Below, piece after piece: positions 39,096 through 51,446 of a DNA stretch of 64,000 nt. Every line of letters begins with the position of its first letter. Positions within the stretch are counted from its first letter, which is position 1. Source of the DNA: Candidatus Latescibacterota bacterium (lineage in GTDB: Bacteria > Latescibacterota > UBA2968 > GCA-2709665); NCBI GenBank assembly GCA_965219995.1, contig CBDCOX010000002.1:1696001-1760000 (forward strand). Reading direction: 5' to 3'. The notes under the pieces were generated by a model. It saw nothing but the letters and a program-made list of their open reading frames with translations. It did no database searches and had not been told where the DNA came from. A program made the translations under genes and the position numbers.

Positions 39096-39124
39096 TTGAC
39101 ACCGAAACGGGGATATGTTAAATT
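39096..39124 (+). promoter_or_regulatory. Sigma70-type promoter upstream of rel
   Basis: TTGACA-17 bp-TAAATT with TG extension. Confidence 0.7.
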
Positions 39125-39294
39125 GTAACTTCCGAGAAATATTCGCGAAAGGACTTTCCGGGATCGTCAAGATCTGACCGGAAGGCCGCCAATCTGCGGC
39201 GCCAGATTCGATGCCGGTCGCTCGGAAAGCCCGAGGTACGGTATCTGCGGGACCCGCCGGCAGCGCGGGCCGCTCAGATCCGATGGAGGTCTCC

Positions 39295-41499
39295 GTGAGG
39301 TTACAAACGGCTGGCTCCAGAACCCTCCCGGCCATCGAAGCCGTCGTCGAACGTGAGTCCGGTTTTCCCGATCTTCAGAACCTGCTCCGGTCGGCGATCG
39401 ACGTTCGTCCGAACCAGAATCTTCCGCTCATCTCCAAAGCCTACCACTTCGCCGAACTGGCTCATCGAAACCTGCGCCGAAAGTCCGGCGATCCCGCAAT
39501 ATCCCACGCTGTGGCCGTGTGCCGCATCCTGATCGACCTGGGTCTCGACTCCGCGACTGCGGCCGCCGGCCTGCTGCACGACGTGGTGGACGAGACCGAT
39601 GTTCCTCTTGCCCAGATCGAATCTCATTTCGGTGCTGAGATTGCCGGCCTGGTTGACGGCGTGTCCAAAATAAAGGACTTTTCCTTCCAGAGCCCGGAAG
39701 CGGAACAGGCCGAGAATTTCCGCAAAATGCTGCTCTCGATGGCACGGGACCTCCGCGTCGTTCTCATCAAGCTGGCGGACCGCCTTCACAATATGCGTAC
39801 CCTGAAATTCATGCGACCGGAAAGCCAGGAGCGCATGGTATACGAGAGTCGCGATATCTATGCACCGCTTGCCCACCGGCTGGGCATGTCCCGCATCCGG
39901 GCGGAACTGGAAGACCTCAGTCTCAAGTGGCTGGATCCGAAAGCGTACCGTTATATCCAGGAAAAGATCAACCTGACCCGGGAGGAACGAGAGGCCTGCA
40001 TCGAAGCGGTGCGGAAGCCACTATCGGAGGCGCTCGAGAACGCGGGGATTCAGGCGGACATGACGGGCCGTTCCAAAAATTTCAGCAGCATCTACAAGAA
40101 AATGAACGGGCGTGAAAGAGCCTTCGATGAAATCTACGACCTTCTTGCGCTTCGCGTTCTGGTTGATACCGTTCCCGAATGCTACAACGTTCTGGGCCTG
40201 GTGCACACCATGTATCCGCCGGTCACCGCCCGCTTCAAGGACTTTATCGCCACACCCAAGAGCAACATGTACCAGTCACTCCACACGACGATCATTGGTC
40301 CGTCGGGTATGATGCTCGAGGTGCAGATCCGAACCAGGAAGATGCATCAGACGGCAGAGGTCGGCATTGCAGCTCACTGGCTCTACAAAGAGGGCAAGCG
40401 CGGCCCTTCCGAAATGGACCGCCACATGGCCTGGTTGCGAAGCCTGTTGGAGTGGCAGCGGGAAACCACGAGTCCGCAGGAATTCATGGACGAGCTCAAG
40501 GTCGATCTCTTCCCGAACGAGATCTTCGTGTTTACCCCTAAGGGTGACCTCATTCAGCTTCCGGAGGGCGCCACACCCCTGGACTTTGCGTTTGCAGTTC
40601 ACACCGACGTCGGCCTGCGTTGTATCGGCAGCAGGGTGGACGATCAGATGGTATCCCTCTCTACACCGCTGCGAACGGGCAGTACTGTCGAGGTAATCAC
40701 CTCACCCCACCAGAGGCCCAATCGCGACTGGCTCGATCTTGTCAAGAGCGCCCGGGCACGCAGCCGCATCAGGCGCTGGTTACGCGAGGAAGAGTTTTCT
40801 CAAAGCGTCCGGATCGGCAAGGACATCCTGGATCGGGAACTCAAAAGACGTCGAAAACGTACGGCCGAAGAAAAACTGGAGGCGGCTGCCGCTCACTTCA
40901 GCCTGCAGGACGTAGAGCACCTCTACGCCAGCCTGGGCAACGGTACGCTGTCCCTGGAACGGGTTGTGCATCAGATCTTTCCAGCGGCCCGCCCGATTCC
41001 AAGACGACAGCGGCCGGAAATCAAGAAAAGGGGCCGCAAGAACCCGATCGTGATCCACAGCCTGAACCACCTGATGATCCAGTTCGCCCGCTGCTGCCAG
41101 CCCATTTACGGCGATTCGGTGTTGGGCGTAATCACCCGGGGCAAAGGGATTTCCGTTCACCGGAGGGACTGTGTTAACATTTCAAACCTTCCGGAAGGAC
41201 GCGACCGCCTGGTAGACGTCGATTGGAATTCGGAAGAGGAGACGGCCTTCACCGTACAGATCCGCGTCAATGGCGAGGATCGCCCCAATTTCCTTCGCGA
41301 CATCAGTGAGGCCATATCGGGGGAGGGCGTGCCCGTTGTCGAGGGAGAGCTGAACACTTCCAGCGGTCAGGTGGGCAACCGATTCACCGTTGAGGTCAGG
41401 AACGTCAGCCAACTCCAAGACCTGAGAAAGAAGATCCTATCCGTACCGGGCGTCTCGTCGGTTCAGCGCATAAACGCAAGTTACGACAACGTCTTATAA
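39295..41499 (+). CDS. rel: Long RelA/SpoT homologue (HD, SYNTH, TGS, ZFD, ACT)
   Basis: LLHD, KLADRLHNMRTL, YQSLHT, EVQIRT, AAHW, VFTPKG, DFAFAVHT, ARCC.P; GTG start behind GGAGG. Confidence 0.93.
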   Translation: MRLQTAGSRTLPAIEAVVERESGFPDLQNLLRSAIDVRPNQNLPLISKAYHFAELAHRNLRRKSGDPAISHAVAVCRILIDLGLDSATAAAGLLHDVVDETDVPLAQIESHFGAEIAGLVDGVSKIKDFSFQSPEAEQAENFRKMLLSMARDLRVVLIKLADRLHNMRTLKFMRPESQERMVYESRDIYAPLAHRLGMSRIRAELEDLSLKWLDPKAYRYIQEKINLTREEREACIEAVRKPLSEALENAGIQADMTGRSKNFSSIYKKMNGRERAFDEIYDLLALRVLVDTVPECYNVLGLVHTMYPPVTARFKDFIATPKSNMYQSLHTTIIGPSGMMLEVQIRTRKMHQTAEVGIAAHWLYKEGKRGPSEMDRHMAWLRSLLEWQRETTSPQEFMDELKVDLFPNEIFVFTPKGDLIQLPEGATPLDFAFAVHTDVGLRCIGSRVDDQMVSLSTPLRTGSTVEVITSPHQRPNRDWLDLVKSARARSRIRRWLREEEFSQSVRIGKDILDRELKRRRKRTAEEKLEAAAAHFSLQDVEHLYASLGNGTLSLERVVHQIFPAARPIPRRQRPEIKKRGRKNPIVIHSLNHLMIQFARCCQPIYGDSVLGVITRGKGISVHRRDCVNISNLPEGRDRLVDVDWNSEEETAFTVQIRVNGEDRPNFLRDISEAISGEGVPVVEGELNTSSGQVGNRFTVEVRNVSQLQDLRKKILSVPGVSSVQRINASYDNVL

Positions 41500-41640
41500 G
41501 AAGCTGTTTTAAAATTACTGGTAAGTTCCCGAGCGTCTCTTCTCGGGAATCCCTCACCATTCTTCCGCCGATTCGTCCCGTCTCGCTACGAAGCGATCGT
41601 CTCACGTCTTCCCGCCTCGTGAAGAAACGCGCGTACGTCG

Positions 41641-44280
41641 TCAGGTTGATTCTCTTCCGTCCAGTTCCCGCTTCCACCGATCCAGAGCAGCCAGAGCCTG
41701 GAGCGGTGTGGTATTGCCCACGTCCAGATCGCGCAATTCGGTGAGGACCGGATCTTCAGGGGCACGGGCGAACAGATTCATCTGCCCGTTCGCGGCGGCG
41801 GATTCACGAACCGTCGACGGGGTCGTTTCTTTCGTGGCCGGCGTCAAATCGTTCTCCTCCAGCCTGCGCAGCACGTCTCGGGCCCGCAAGACCAGTTCGC
41901 GGGGCATTCCGGCAAGCCGCGCCACCTCGATGCCATAGCTGTGGTCACACCCACCCGGCACCAGCCGGTGCAGAAACGTCACGTTGTCGCCCTCCTTCCT
42001 CACCGCGACGCTGTAATTCTTCACCCTCGGCAGTAACTCCTCGAGTTCCGTCAATTCGTGATAGTGCGTTGCGAACAACGTGCGAGGTTGCAGTGCCGCG
42101 GTGTTGTGCAGATATTCCGTCATCGCCCAGGCGATGCTCAGCCCGTCAAACGTACTGGTACCGCGCCCGATTTCATCCAGAAGCACCAGGCTCCTGGGGG
42201 TGGCGTTGTTCAGGATATTGGCCGCTTCGTTCATCTCCACAAGAAACGTGGATTCGCCCCGGGCAAGGTTGTCAGACGCGCCGACCCGTGTGAAAATCCG
42301 GTCCACCACACCCACACGCGCGGCCCTCGCGGGAACGAAACTGCCCAGTTGCGAAAGCAGAACGATCAACCCGATCTGACGCAGCATCGTGGATTTACCG
42401 GCCATATTGGGGCCGGTAATAATCAGCACCTGGTCGTGTTCGCCATCCACGTGGAAGTCGTTGGGTACAAACTTGCCGGTAGGCAGCAACCCTTCGACAA
42501 CCGGATGGCGACCCTCCCGAATTTCGATTCCGGTAGAATCGTCCACCTTTGGCCGGACGTAGTCGTTGGACACGGCCACTTCTCCCAGACAGGCCAGCAC
42601 GTCTACGACGGCCACCGCACGCGCCGTGCGCTGTACCTCGTTCACCCAGGCCTCCACCTCGCCCCTGAGCTGCTGAAACAGCTCTTTCTCCAGTTCCTTC
42701 GCCCGTTCGTCGGCCCCCAGGATCTTCGCTTCCCACTCTTTCAGCTCAGGCGTAATAAAGCGCTCCGCGTTCACCAGGGTCTGCTTGCGCAGGTAGTCTT
42801 CCGGAGCCCTGTCCATATTCGCCTTTGTGATCTCGATATAATACCCGAATGCCTTGTTATACCCGACCTTGAGCGACGGAATACCGGTACGCTCTCTCTC
42901 TTTGGCCTGAAGTTCAGCCACCCACCGGCGGCCTCCGGAGGCTGCGTCGCGGAGCTCGTCCAGTTCCCGGCTATAGCCCTCCCTGATAACGCCCCCTTCG
43001 CTGAGCTGAAACGGCGGATCGTCCACCACCGTGCGCCCGATCAGGTCGATCAGGTCGATCAGGTCAAGCATCCCCTGACACCGCGCCTTTACCAGCAGAT
43101 CGACCGTGGACTCCTTCAGCGCGTCTCGAAGGCCGGGTATGGCCTGCAGCGACGCCTTGAGAGACACGAGATCCCTTGGACTGCAGCGTCCACAGCAGAT
43201 CCGGGACATCAGGCGCTCGAGGTCTCCCACCTGCTTCAGGCCTGAACGAAGCGACTCCCGACGCGCGGCTTGCGCTGCCAGGTCTTCAACGGCGTCCAGT
43301 CTCGCTTCGATCCTCGAAATATCGAGCAGCGGCCGAGACAGCCATGACCTCAGCGTTCGCGCGCCCATCGCGGTGCACGTGCGGTCCAGCAGGGACAGCA
43401 GGGTCCCTTCCCGCCGCCCCTCCTGTATTGACGTAATCAGCTCCAGGTTCCGCTGGGTCACGAGGTCGAGACCCATGTGCGCCCCGTCACGCTCCCGGGA
43501 GAGGCGGGTGACGTGAGAGACCGCCCCCTTCTGATTCTGTTTGAGATACCCCAGCACCGCCCCCGCCGCGCCGATGCCCACCGTCATCCGGTCGCAGCCG
43601 AATCCCTTCAACGAATTGACCCGGAAATGTTCCAGCAACAGATCGTGCGCATAGGCGAATCCGAAGTGCCAGTCTTCGGTTCGCACGAGCAACGTGCCCG
43701 GCAATCGATGCGCCATCGCAGCCTCATTCGCTTCGGCCCACGACTCGGGCGCGAGCACCTCCGCGGGACTGATTCCCTCAAGCACATCCCACAATTCGTC
43801 CGCATCCCGTTCGAGAGCGCGGAAATCACCGGTTGACAGATCCGTCACCGCGATGCCCAGCCGGTTTGACTCGACCCGGAGACCCGCGAGATAGTTGTTG
43901 CGTTTCTGGTCCAGCAGGTTGTCCGAGAGCGCCGTGCCCGGGGAGACCACCTGGACGACCTCGCGCCGCACGACCGGCTTGCCTTTCTGCGGCGCCTCCA
44001 TCTGTTCGCAGATGGCCACTTTGCGACCCGCCTTGATCAAGCGGGCAAGGTAGGTATCCAGTGCATGATGCGGCACGCCGGCCATCGGCACGCTTTTCCC
44101 GCCTCGGCCGTTGTTGCGGGAGGTCAGCGTCAGCCCGAGAAGGCCGGAAACCTCTTTCGCATCGTCGTAAAACGTCTCATAGAAGTCACCCATTCTGAAC
44201 AGCAGCACGGCATCTCTGTATTCGTCCTTGAAATGCAGATACTGTTCCATTGCCGGAGTGACATCTCTCGGGCGTGCCAT
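41641..44280 (-). CDS. mutS: DNA mismatch repair protein MutS
   Basis: FRMGDFYE, TGPNMAGKST, STFLVEM, DEIGRGT, FATHYHEL, SYGIEVA. Confidence 0.97.
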   Translation of the reverse strand: MARPRDVTPAMEQYLHFKDEYRDAVLLFRMGDFYETFYDDAKEVSGLLGLTLTSRNNGRGGKSVPMAGVPHHALDTYLARLIKAGRKVAICEQMEAPQKGKPVVRREVVQVVSPGTALSDNLLDQKRNNYLAGLRVESNRLGIAVTDLSTGDFRALERDADELWDVLEGISPAEVLAPESWAEANEAAMAHRLPGTLLVRTEDWHFGFAYAHDLLLEHFRVNSLKGFGCDRMTVGIGAAGAVLGYLKQNQKGAVSHVTRLSRERDGAHMGLDLVTQRNLELITSIQEGRREGTLLSLLDRTCTAMGARTLRSWLSRPLLDISRIEARLDAVEDLAAQAARRESLRSGLKQVGDLERLMSRICCGRCSPRDLVSLKASLQAIPGLRDALKESTVDLLVKARCQGMLDLIDLIDLIGRTVVDDPPFQLSEGGVIREGYSRELDELRDAASGGRRWVAELQAKERERTGIPSLKVGYNKAFGYYIEITKANMDRAPEDYLRKQTLVNAERFITPELKEWEAKILGADERAKELEKELFQQLRGEVEAWVNEVQRTARAVAVVDVLACLGEVAVSNDYVRPKVDDSTGIEIREGRHPVVEGLLPTGKFVPNDFHVDGEHDQVLIITGPNMAGKSTMLRQIGLIVLLSQLGSFVPARAARVGVVDRIFTRVGASDNLARGESTFLVEMNEAANILNNATPRSLVLLDEIGRGTSTFDGLSIAWAMTEYLHNTAALQPRTLFATHYHELTELEELLPRVKNYSVAVRKEGDNVTFLHRLVPGGCDHSYGIEVARLAGMPRELVLRARDVLRRLEENDLTPATKETTPSTVRESAAANGQMNLFARAPEDPVLTELRDLDVGNTTPLQALAALDRWKRELDGREST

Positions 44281-44292
44281 AAAGACGCTTCC

Positions 44293-45636
44293 TTAATCCT
44301 GCGCTTCGTGCCGCCGTTCTCCCTTGCCGATGTCCGTCAGACGGCCGATAACCCGGTCCGGACGCACGTCGGTCAGCCGCACGGGCGCGATGGAATTCTT
44401 CGCGCTATCGGGCCCCGGAGCGAATACACGGATGTAATTGTCGGTAACGCCCTGCAGATACCCTGTGCCCGGCTCGCGCCTGTCTTCGAAGAGCACGTGC
44501 ATCGTTCGCCCCGCAAAACGACGCCAGAAGGCTTCGGTTTTCCGCGCGCCCAGTGTCCTGAGCAGCGCGCCACGACGCTTCTTCACGGCAGCGTCCACCT
44601 CGCCGCCCATTCGCGCGGCAGCGGTGCCGCTGCGCGGCGAAAAGGGAAACACGTGCAGGAACGCCAGGGGACCCTTGTCGATCAGGTCGAACGTGTTGGA
44701 GAATGCCTCATCGGTCTCGCCCGGAAACCCGACCATCACGTCCGCGCCGATGCCTATCCCCGGCACGCTTTCCGCCAGTGTCTCGATCAACGAGAGATAA
44801 CGCGACCGCGTATAAGGCCTGCGCATCGATCTCAGAATCCCGTCGTCTCCACTCTGGAGCGGAATATGCAGGTGTCTGCAGAACCTGGACGAGGCGGAAA
44901 AGAAATCGACCATCGCATCGGTAATGAACGACGCTTCGATCGAACTCACCCTGAACCGCTGAAGGCCCTCTATCCGCTCGATGGCTTCAAACAGATCCAG
45001 CAGTACGGGACCGTCCAGGTCCGCGCCATAGTCCCCAATGTGTACGCCTGCGAGGACGACCTCCTTGTAACCGGCATCAACAAGCCGTTTCACCTGATCG
45101 AGACAGCTCTGCAGACTGCGGCTTCGGCTCCTGCCCCTGGCAAACGGTATAATGCAAAATGAGCAGAACTCGTTGCAGCCTTCCTGCACCTTCACGAACG
45201 CACGCGCCCGGCCGCCGAAGTTGAAGATATCCATTTCCTGAAACTCGGCGGTTCGACGCCGCGTGACGTAACTTCGACCGATGGAGCACGCATCGTTGAT
45301 CAGGTCCAACAGATGTGTCTTTTCCGCAGTGCCCACGACCAGATCGACTTCCGGCATATCGATCAGCACGTCGGGATCGGTCTGCGCGTAACACCCCATG
45401 GCCACGACCGTGCCTTCGGGCGAAATGCGATGCGCCCGGCGCAGCATCTGCCTTGATTGTGCGGCGCCCGTACCGGTCACCGCGCAGGTATTCACCACCG
45501 TCACATCCGCCGAGCGCCCAAACACCACTTCCCGGTACCCTTCGTGCATGAACTGCTCACGGTACCATTCCGTATCGTAGGTATTCAACTTGCAGCCCAG
45601 GGTATAGAACGATACGGTCTTGCCGCTTTTGTTCAT
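44293..45636 (-). CDS. mtaB: tRNA t6A37 methylthiotransferase
   Basis: TLGCKLN, NTCAVT, GCYAQ, KVQEGCNEFCSFC.IP..RG, LQSG, HVFPFS.R.GT. Confidence 0.92.
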   Translation of the reverse strand: MNKSGKTVSFYTLGCKLNTYDTEWYREQFMHEGYREVVFGRSADVTVVNTCAVTGTGAAQSRQMLRRAHRISPEGTVVAMGCYAQTDPDVLIDMPEVDLVVGTAEKTHLLDLINDACSIGRSYVTRRRTAEFQEMDIFNFGGRARAFVKVQEGCNEFCSFCIIPFARGRSRSRSLQSCLDQVKRLVDAGYKEVVLAGVHIGDYGADLDGPVLLDLFEAIERIEGLQRFRVSSIEASFITDAMVDFFSASSRFCRHLHIPLQSGDDGILRSMRRPYTRSRYLSLIETLAESVPGIGIGADVMVGFPGETDEAFSNTFDLIDKGPLAFLHVFPFSPRSGTAAARMGGEVDAAVKKRRGALLRTLGARKTEAFWRRFAGRTMHVLFEDRREPGTGYLQGVTDNYIRVFAPGPDSAKNSIAPVRLTDVRPDRVIGRLTDIGKGERRHEAQD

Positions 45637-45799
45637 CTCACCCGTTCCTTGTATTCGCCGCACGGCTCCGGCCGGCCTGCCGCGCCACCCTTACCGGCCG
45701 TGTACGGCAAACGCCGGAAACCCATTCTCATCCATACAACAAAGAGTTGAGGACAACTCCCCAACTCTCTGTCTGCAGCGTACAGGCTGTCCCAGAATC

Positions 45800-47746
<1,947 letters not shown>

Positions 47747-47850
47747 GATACAGCGACCTCCTTGGCCGATTCGCAATAGACTGGTGTCCCGGATATGCAG
47801 CTCGGCGAAAAAATACGGGAAAATGCGGAGACCCGGGCTCCGCAGGAATC

Positions 47851-48552
47851 TTACCGGCGTTCAAACATGGATTCCGTCGCGGGCGGACCGGTAATCCGCC
47901 TGCGCGGCCTGAGGTTGCCTATACTGAGCATCACCTCGCTACTGATGGCGTGGTAGGCGGACCGCCGCCTGGCGGGCAATTCGGAAGGAATCACATATAT
48001 AGGTTTACCGAACCGCACTGTCACGTGGTCCAGACCGAACAGACTCGCCCAGATGTTGACCGTACCCGAAACAAAAACGGGAACCACCGGAACCCGCGCA
48101 CGGTAAGCCAACATGCCGACCCCGTCTTTGGGCGGCCTCAGCGTGGAAGTCTTGTTACGGGTCCCCTCCGGCGAAAGAAACATCGCGCCGCCGGCTTTCA
48201 GACACCCTTCGATACTCCGCAACGCACCACGGTCTCCACGAGACCGGTCGATTGGCAGTGCATTCAGCTTCCGAATCAGCCACCCGAGAATCGGAACGTG
48301 AAATGCTTCCTGCTTGGTAACATACGAAAGTTCCCGGCACGCCGCAACCCCGATAAATACGGGATCTGCGAAGGAGGCGTGGTTGCTGGCCAGGATGACG
48401 CCGCCACTGCGTGGTACGAAATGACGTCCGGCGACGCGCAGCCGGAACATGCAACTGCATGCTCCGGCGCCCAGCGTCCATATGAATCGATAGAGGTTAT
48501 TGCCCCGACGGCCGGTGTAGATGTCTGTCCGCATTGTAGACCCGTGGATCAT
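47851..48552 (-). CDS. plsC: 1-acyl-sn-glycerol-3-phosphate acyltransferase
   Basis: NHASFAD, PEGTR, VPVVP; cmk-plsC-rpsA context. Confidence 0.85.
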   Translation of the reverse strand: MIHGSTMRTDIYTGRRGNNLYRFIWTLGAGACSCMFRLRVAGRHFVPRSGGVILASNHASFADPVFIGVAACRELSYVTKQEAFHVPILGWLIRKLNALPIDRSRGDRGALRSIEGCLKAGGAMFLSPEGTRNKTSTLRPPKDGVGMLAYRARVPVVPVFVSGTVNIWASLFGLDHVTVRFGKPIYVIPSELPARRRSAYHAISSEVMLSIGNLRPRRRITGPPATESMFERR

Positions 48553-49238
48553 TCTTCCTGTATTCCGCGCTCGCGGGCAAGTTCCACCACACGGGTTGCC
48601 TGCGCTTCGATACTCATGCCGGTGGTATCCACCGTGATTGCATCCGTCGCCGGCCAGGGTCCCGATCGCCTCTGGGTGGCCCGGTCGCGCGTGTCTCGTT
48701 CGCGGATCCGTCCCTTCAGTTCGTCCAGGTCTGTTGTGACGCCGCCATCGAGCAACTCACGTTGTCGGCGCCGCGCCCGCTCGGCGACGTCGGCCACAAG
48801 GAATATCTTCAGTTCGGCCTGCGGAAAAACTGCGGTGCCCGTATCCCGGCCCTCCAGTACGATACCGCCCTCGAGCCCCAACTCCTGCTGGCGCGCAACG
48901 AGTATCTTCCGAACCTCGGGGTGCACGGCCACCCGGGAGGCGGCGTCAGAAACATCCGCCGAACGGATCTCTCCGGTCACGTCCTCGCCGTCGATCAGAA
49001 CCCTCTGGCCGCCGTCCTCCAGGCGAAAATCAAAATCCACCGCGGCGGCGGTCCCGGCGGCCGCGGCTGCATCGTCAGGGCTGAGGCCCATACGAATCAG
49101 GGTCCAACCCAGAGCGCGGTACATGGCGCCGGTATCCAGATAGAGATATCCCAGCCTGTTGGCGACACACCGAGCCGTGGTACTCTTGCCCGACCCCGCG
49201 GGACCGTCGATAGCGATCACGATACCCCTGTTGCCCAT
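48549..49238 (-). CDS. cmk: Cytidylate kinase
   Basis: IDGPAGSGKST, LDTGAMYR, EGRD.GT..FP. Confidence 0.95.
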   Translation of the reverse strand: MGNRGIVIAIDGPAGSGKSTTARCVANRLGYLYLDTGAMYRALGWTLIRMGLSPDDAAAAAGTAAAVDFDFRLEDGGQRVLIDGEDVTGEIRSADVSDAASRVAVHPEVRKILVARQQELGLEGGIVLEGRDTGTAVFPQAELKIFLVADVAERARRRQRELLDGGVTTDLDELKGRIRERDTRDRATQRRSGPWPATDAITVDTTGMSIEAQATRVVELARERGIQEE

Positions 49239-49247
49239 AGCAACCCT

Positions 49248-49922
49248 TCACCCCGATTGCGGATCGCCGGAGCTCTCATCCGGATTCCCCGCCTCGCCCT
49301 CGGGCCGGCCCATCGCCTGCAGGAACCCGCCCGGCGACGACACCGCCGCCGCCCTCTCGTCCAGCAGTTCATCCAACTCCCGGACCTTCGGCAGATCCGA
49401 CAGCGTCTTCAATCCGAAGTGCTTCAGAAAGTCCCGTGTCGTACCGTAAAGCAGCGGACGCCCGGGGGCGTCCGAACGACCGGCGATGCGGATCAATCCC
49501 TTCTCGAGCAGATGCCGCACCACCCCGTCCACCGACACCCCCCGAATGTGTTCCACCTCGGCCTTCATGACCGGTTGTTTGAACACGATGATGGCGAGCG
49601 TCTCCAGGGCTGCCGACGAAAGCCGGACCGGCGCCTTGTCCTTCAGGAGCCGTCGGATCCAGACGCCGTATTCCGAATGCACCGTGAACAGGAATCCACC
49701 GGCGATTTCGGCGATTTTGAAACTGCGGCCTGTCCGGCCGTACTGCTCATTCAATTCCTCAACGTACGCGCGCACGTCTCCCGTACGGGCCCCGTCAAGC
49801 AACGATGCGATCTGGCTGGCGCCGAGCGGTCTGTCAGACGCCATCAACAGGGCCTCCACGACGCCCTGATTCCGTGCATCTTGGTCCGAGGAAACCGGAT
49901 CCATGCCGTACGACTCGCCCAT
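49248..49922 (-). CDS. scpB: SMC-Scp complex subunit ScpB
   Basis: LSSAALETLA, QP, IRGV, GRPLLYGTT..FL..FGL. Confidence 0.95.
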   Translation of the reverse strand: MGESYGMDPVSSDQDARNQGVVEALLMASDRPLGASQIASLLDGARTGDVRAYVEELNEQYGRTGRSFKIAEIAGGFLFTVHSEYGVWIRRLLKDKAPVRLSSAALETLAIIVFKQPVMKAEVEHIRGVSVDGVVRHLLEKGLIRIAGRSDAPGRPLLYGTTRDFLKHFGLKTLSDLPKVRELDELLDERAAAVSSPGGFLQAMGRPEGEAGNPDESSGDPQSG

Positions 49923-50002
49923 CCCTTACTCGATTCGATCGAATTACGGGCGGACTGAATCCGCCCGGTACCCAATCCGCGCCGCCAATGACGGATACAC
50001 GG

Positions 50003-50806
50003 TTAACGACCGGACGCCGGTTCTGTACCAGGCTCCACTTCCTCTTCATCCCGCCTGTAAACCCAGATTTCACCGTCCGATCCGCTTTGCCTGGCAAGCG
50101 CCCGCCCGGTCTTGATCAGCTCGAGCAGGGCGATGAACGTGACAATGAGGACAATCCGCGGAAGACCGGCAACCAGATCCGAGAACGGTACCCGATGCCT
50201 CTTCTGCAGAATGTCCTCGACGACCTCCATTCGTTCTCCGGTCGTGACTTCCAGTTGATGTACCGCGTGGTAGTCCTCTTTGGGCGCGGCGATGAGCGCC
50301 GTTCGAAACGCCGACATCAGATCGAACAGACTCACCGAACCATAGGCTGCGAACGGGGCCTGATCGGGCTCGTCGATTTCACCGGTGTCCAGCGCGGCCC
50401 CCCGATAAAAGCTGTCCCGATGCAAATCCTGTTTGTCTTCGAGCCAGTTGGCCACTTCCTTGAACTGCTGGTATTCCAGCAGGCGCCGCACCAGCTCTTC
50501 CCTCGGATCCTCTTCCTCCTCATCCGAGTCGGGATCCGCCGGCAGCAACATACGTGACTTGATCTTCATCAGTGTGGCCGCCATAACCAGGAAATCACCG
50601 GCAGGTTCCAGATTGAGCGTCTGCATCATTTCCACAAACTCCAGAAACTGTCGTGTGACGTCTGCGATAGGAATGTCGTAGATGTCGACTTCGTCCTTGC
50701 GAATCAGAAACAGAAGCAGGTCCAGCGGCCCTTCGAAGACGTCCAGCTTCACGCCGTACGCATCGTCGCCGGCACTCCCCTGTACTGCCGCGGATTCGGC
50801 ATTCAT
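50003..50806 (-). CDS. scpA: Segregation and condensation protein A
   Basis: FEGPLDLLL, FLVMAA, KSRMLLP, DPREELV.RLLEY, F.ALLEL. Confidence 0.95.
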   Translation of the reverse strand: MNAESAAVQGSAGDDAYGVKLDVFEGPLDLLLFLIRKDEVDIYDIPIADVTRQFLEFVEMMQTLNLEPAGDFLVMAATLMKIKSRMLLPADPDSDEEEEDPREELVRRLLEYQQFKEVANWLEDKQDLHRDSFYRGAALDTGEIDEPDQAPFAAYGSVSLFDLMSAFRTALIAAPKEDYHAVHQLEVTTGERMEVVEDILQKRHRVPFSDLVAGLPRIVLIVTFIALLELIKTGRALARQSGSDGEIWVYRRDEEEVEPGTEPASGR

Positions 50807-50810
50807 TTCA

Positions 50811-51314
50811 TCAATCCATAAAAAGATAAGGCCGCCAGCGCCTGTCGGGCACGCCTATCAACTGGCTGATGGACGTAACGGTACTGGGCCGGCGAGGTCG
50901 GCGCAGAAGATTGATGCCCGCCTGTTCCGGCGTCTGATTACCTTTGAGATTATTGCAGTGCAGACATGCGCAAACCAGATTCTCCCACGTGTCCCGTCCG
51001 TTTCCGGTACGCGGTACCACGTGATCGACGGTCATCGGACCCTTTCGGGTACCGCAATACTGGCACCGGTGACCGTCCCGCTTCAAGACGTTTTTCTTGG
51101 ACAATGCAAGTTGCTTGGGAGCAACACGGACGTAGAGCCCGAGTCGTACGACGCTGGGCACAGGAAACCGTTCGGAAACCGTCCGGACATACAGGTCCAG
51201 CGCTTCGATGACCTCTGCCCGCCCGCGAAATACGAGAACGATCGCCCGCCGTGCGCTGCACACCTGGATGGGTTCGTAACTCTGGTTCAATACCAGAACC
51301 GGCCGGTTCAGCAA
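50811..51314 (-). CDS. HNH endonuclease (McrA-like)
   Basis: VLVLN.SYEP, PSVVRL, RD...CQYCG, TVDHVVP, WENLV.AC..CN..KG; probable TTG start. Confidence 0.9.
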   Translation of the reverse strand: MLNRPVLVLNQSYEPIQVCSARRAIVLVFRGRAEVIEALDLYVRTVSERFPVPSVVRLGLYVRVAPKQLALSKKNVLKRDGHRCQYCGTRKGPMTVDHVVPRTGNGRDTWENLVCACLHCNNLKGNQTPEQAGINLLRRPRRPSTVTSISQLIGVPDRRWRPYLFMD

Positions 51315-51446
51315 AGGTACACACCCCCTTTGTCTACTGCCCGGGGCAAAGAAGATCGAACGCCGTTGAAGTGGTCGGACGCATTGCGGTCGACCCGGCC
51401 CGCATGGTGTCGTCGGCAGACCGGACATGCGTTTTGGAACCGGGCA

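Noticed and set aside
50811-51314. HNH nuclease as a defence or homing element
   Set aside because: Widespread stand-alone VLVLN-type family inside a core operon; no methylase, intron or other defence genes adjacent
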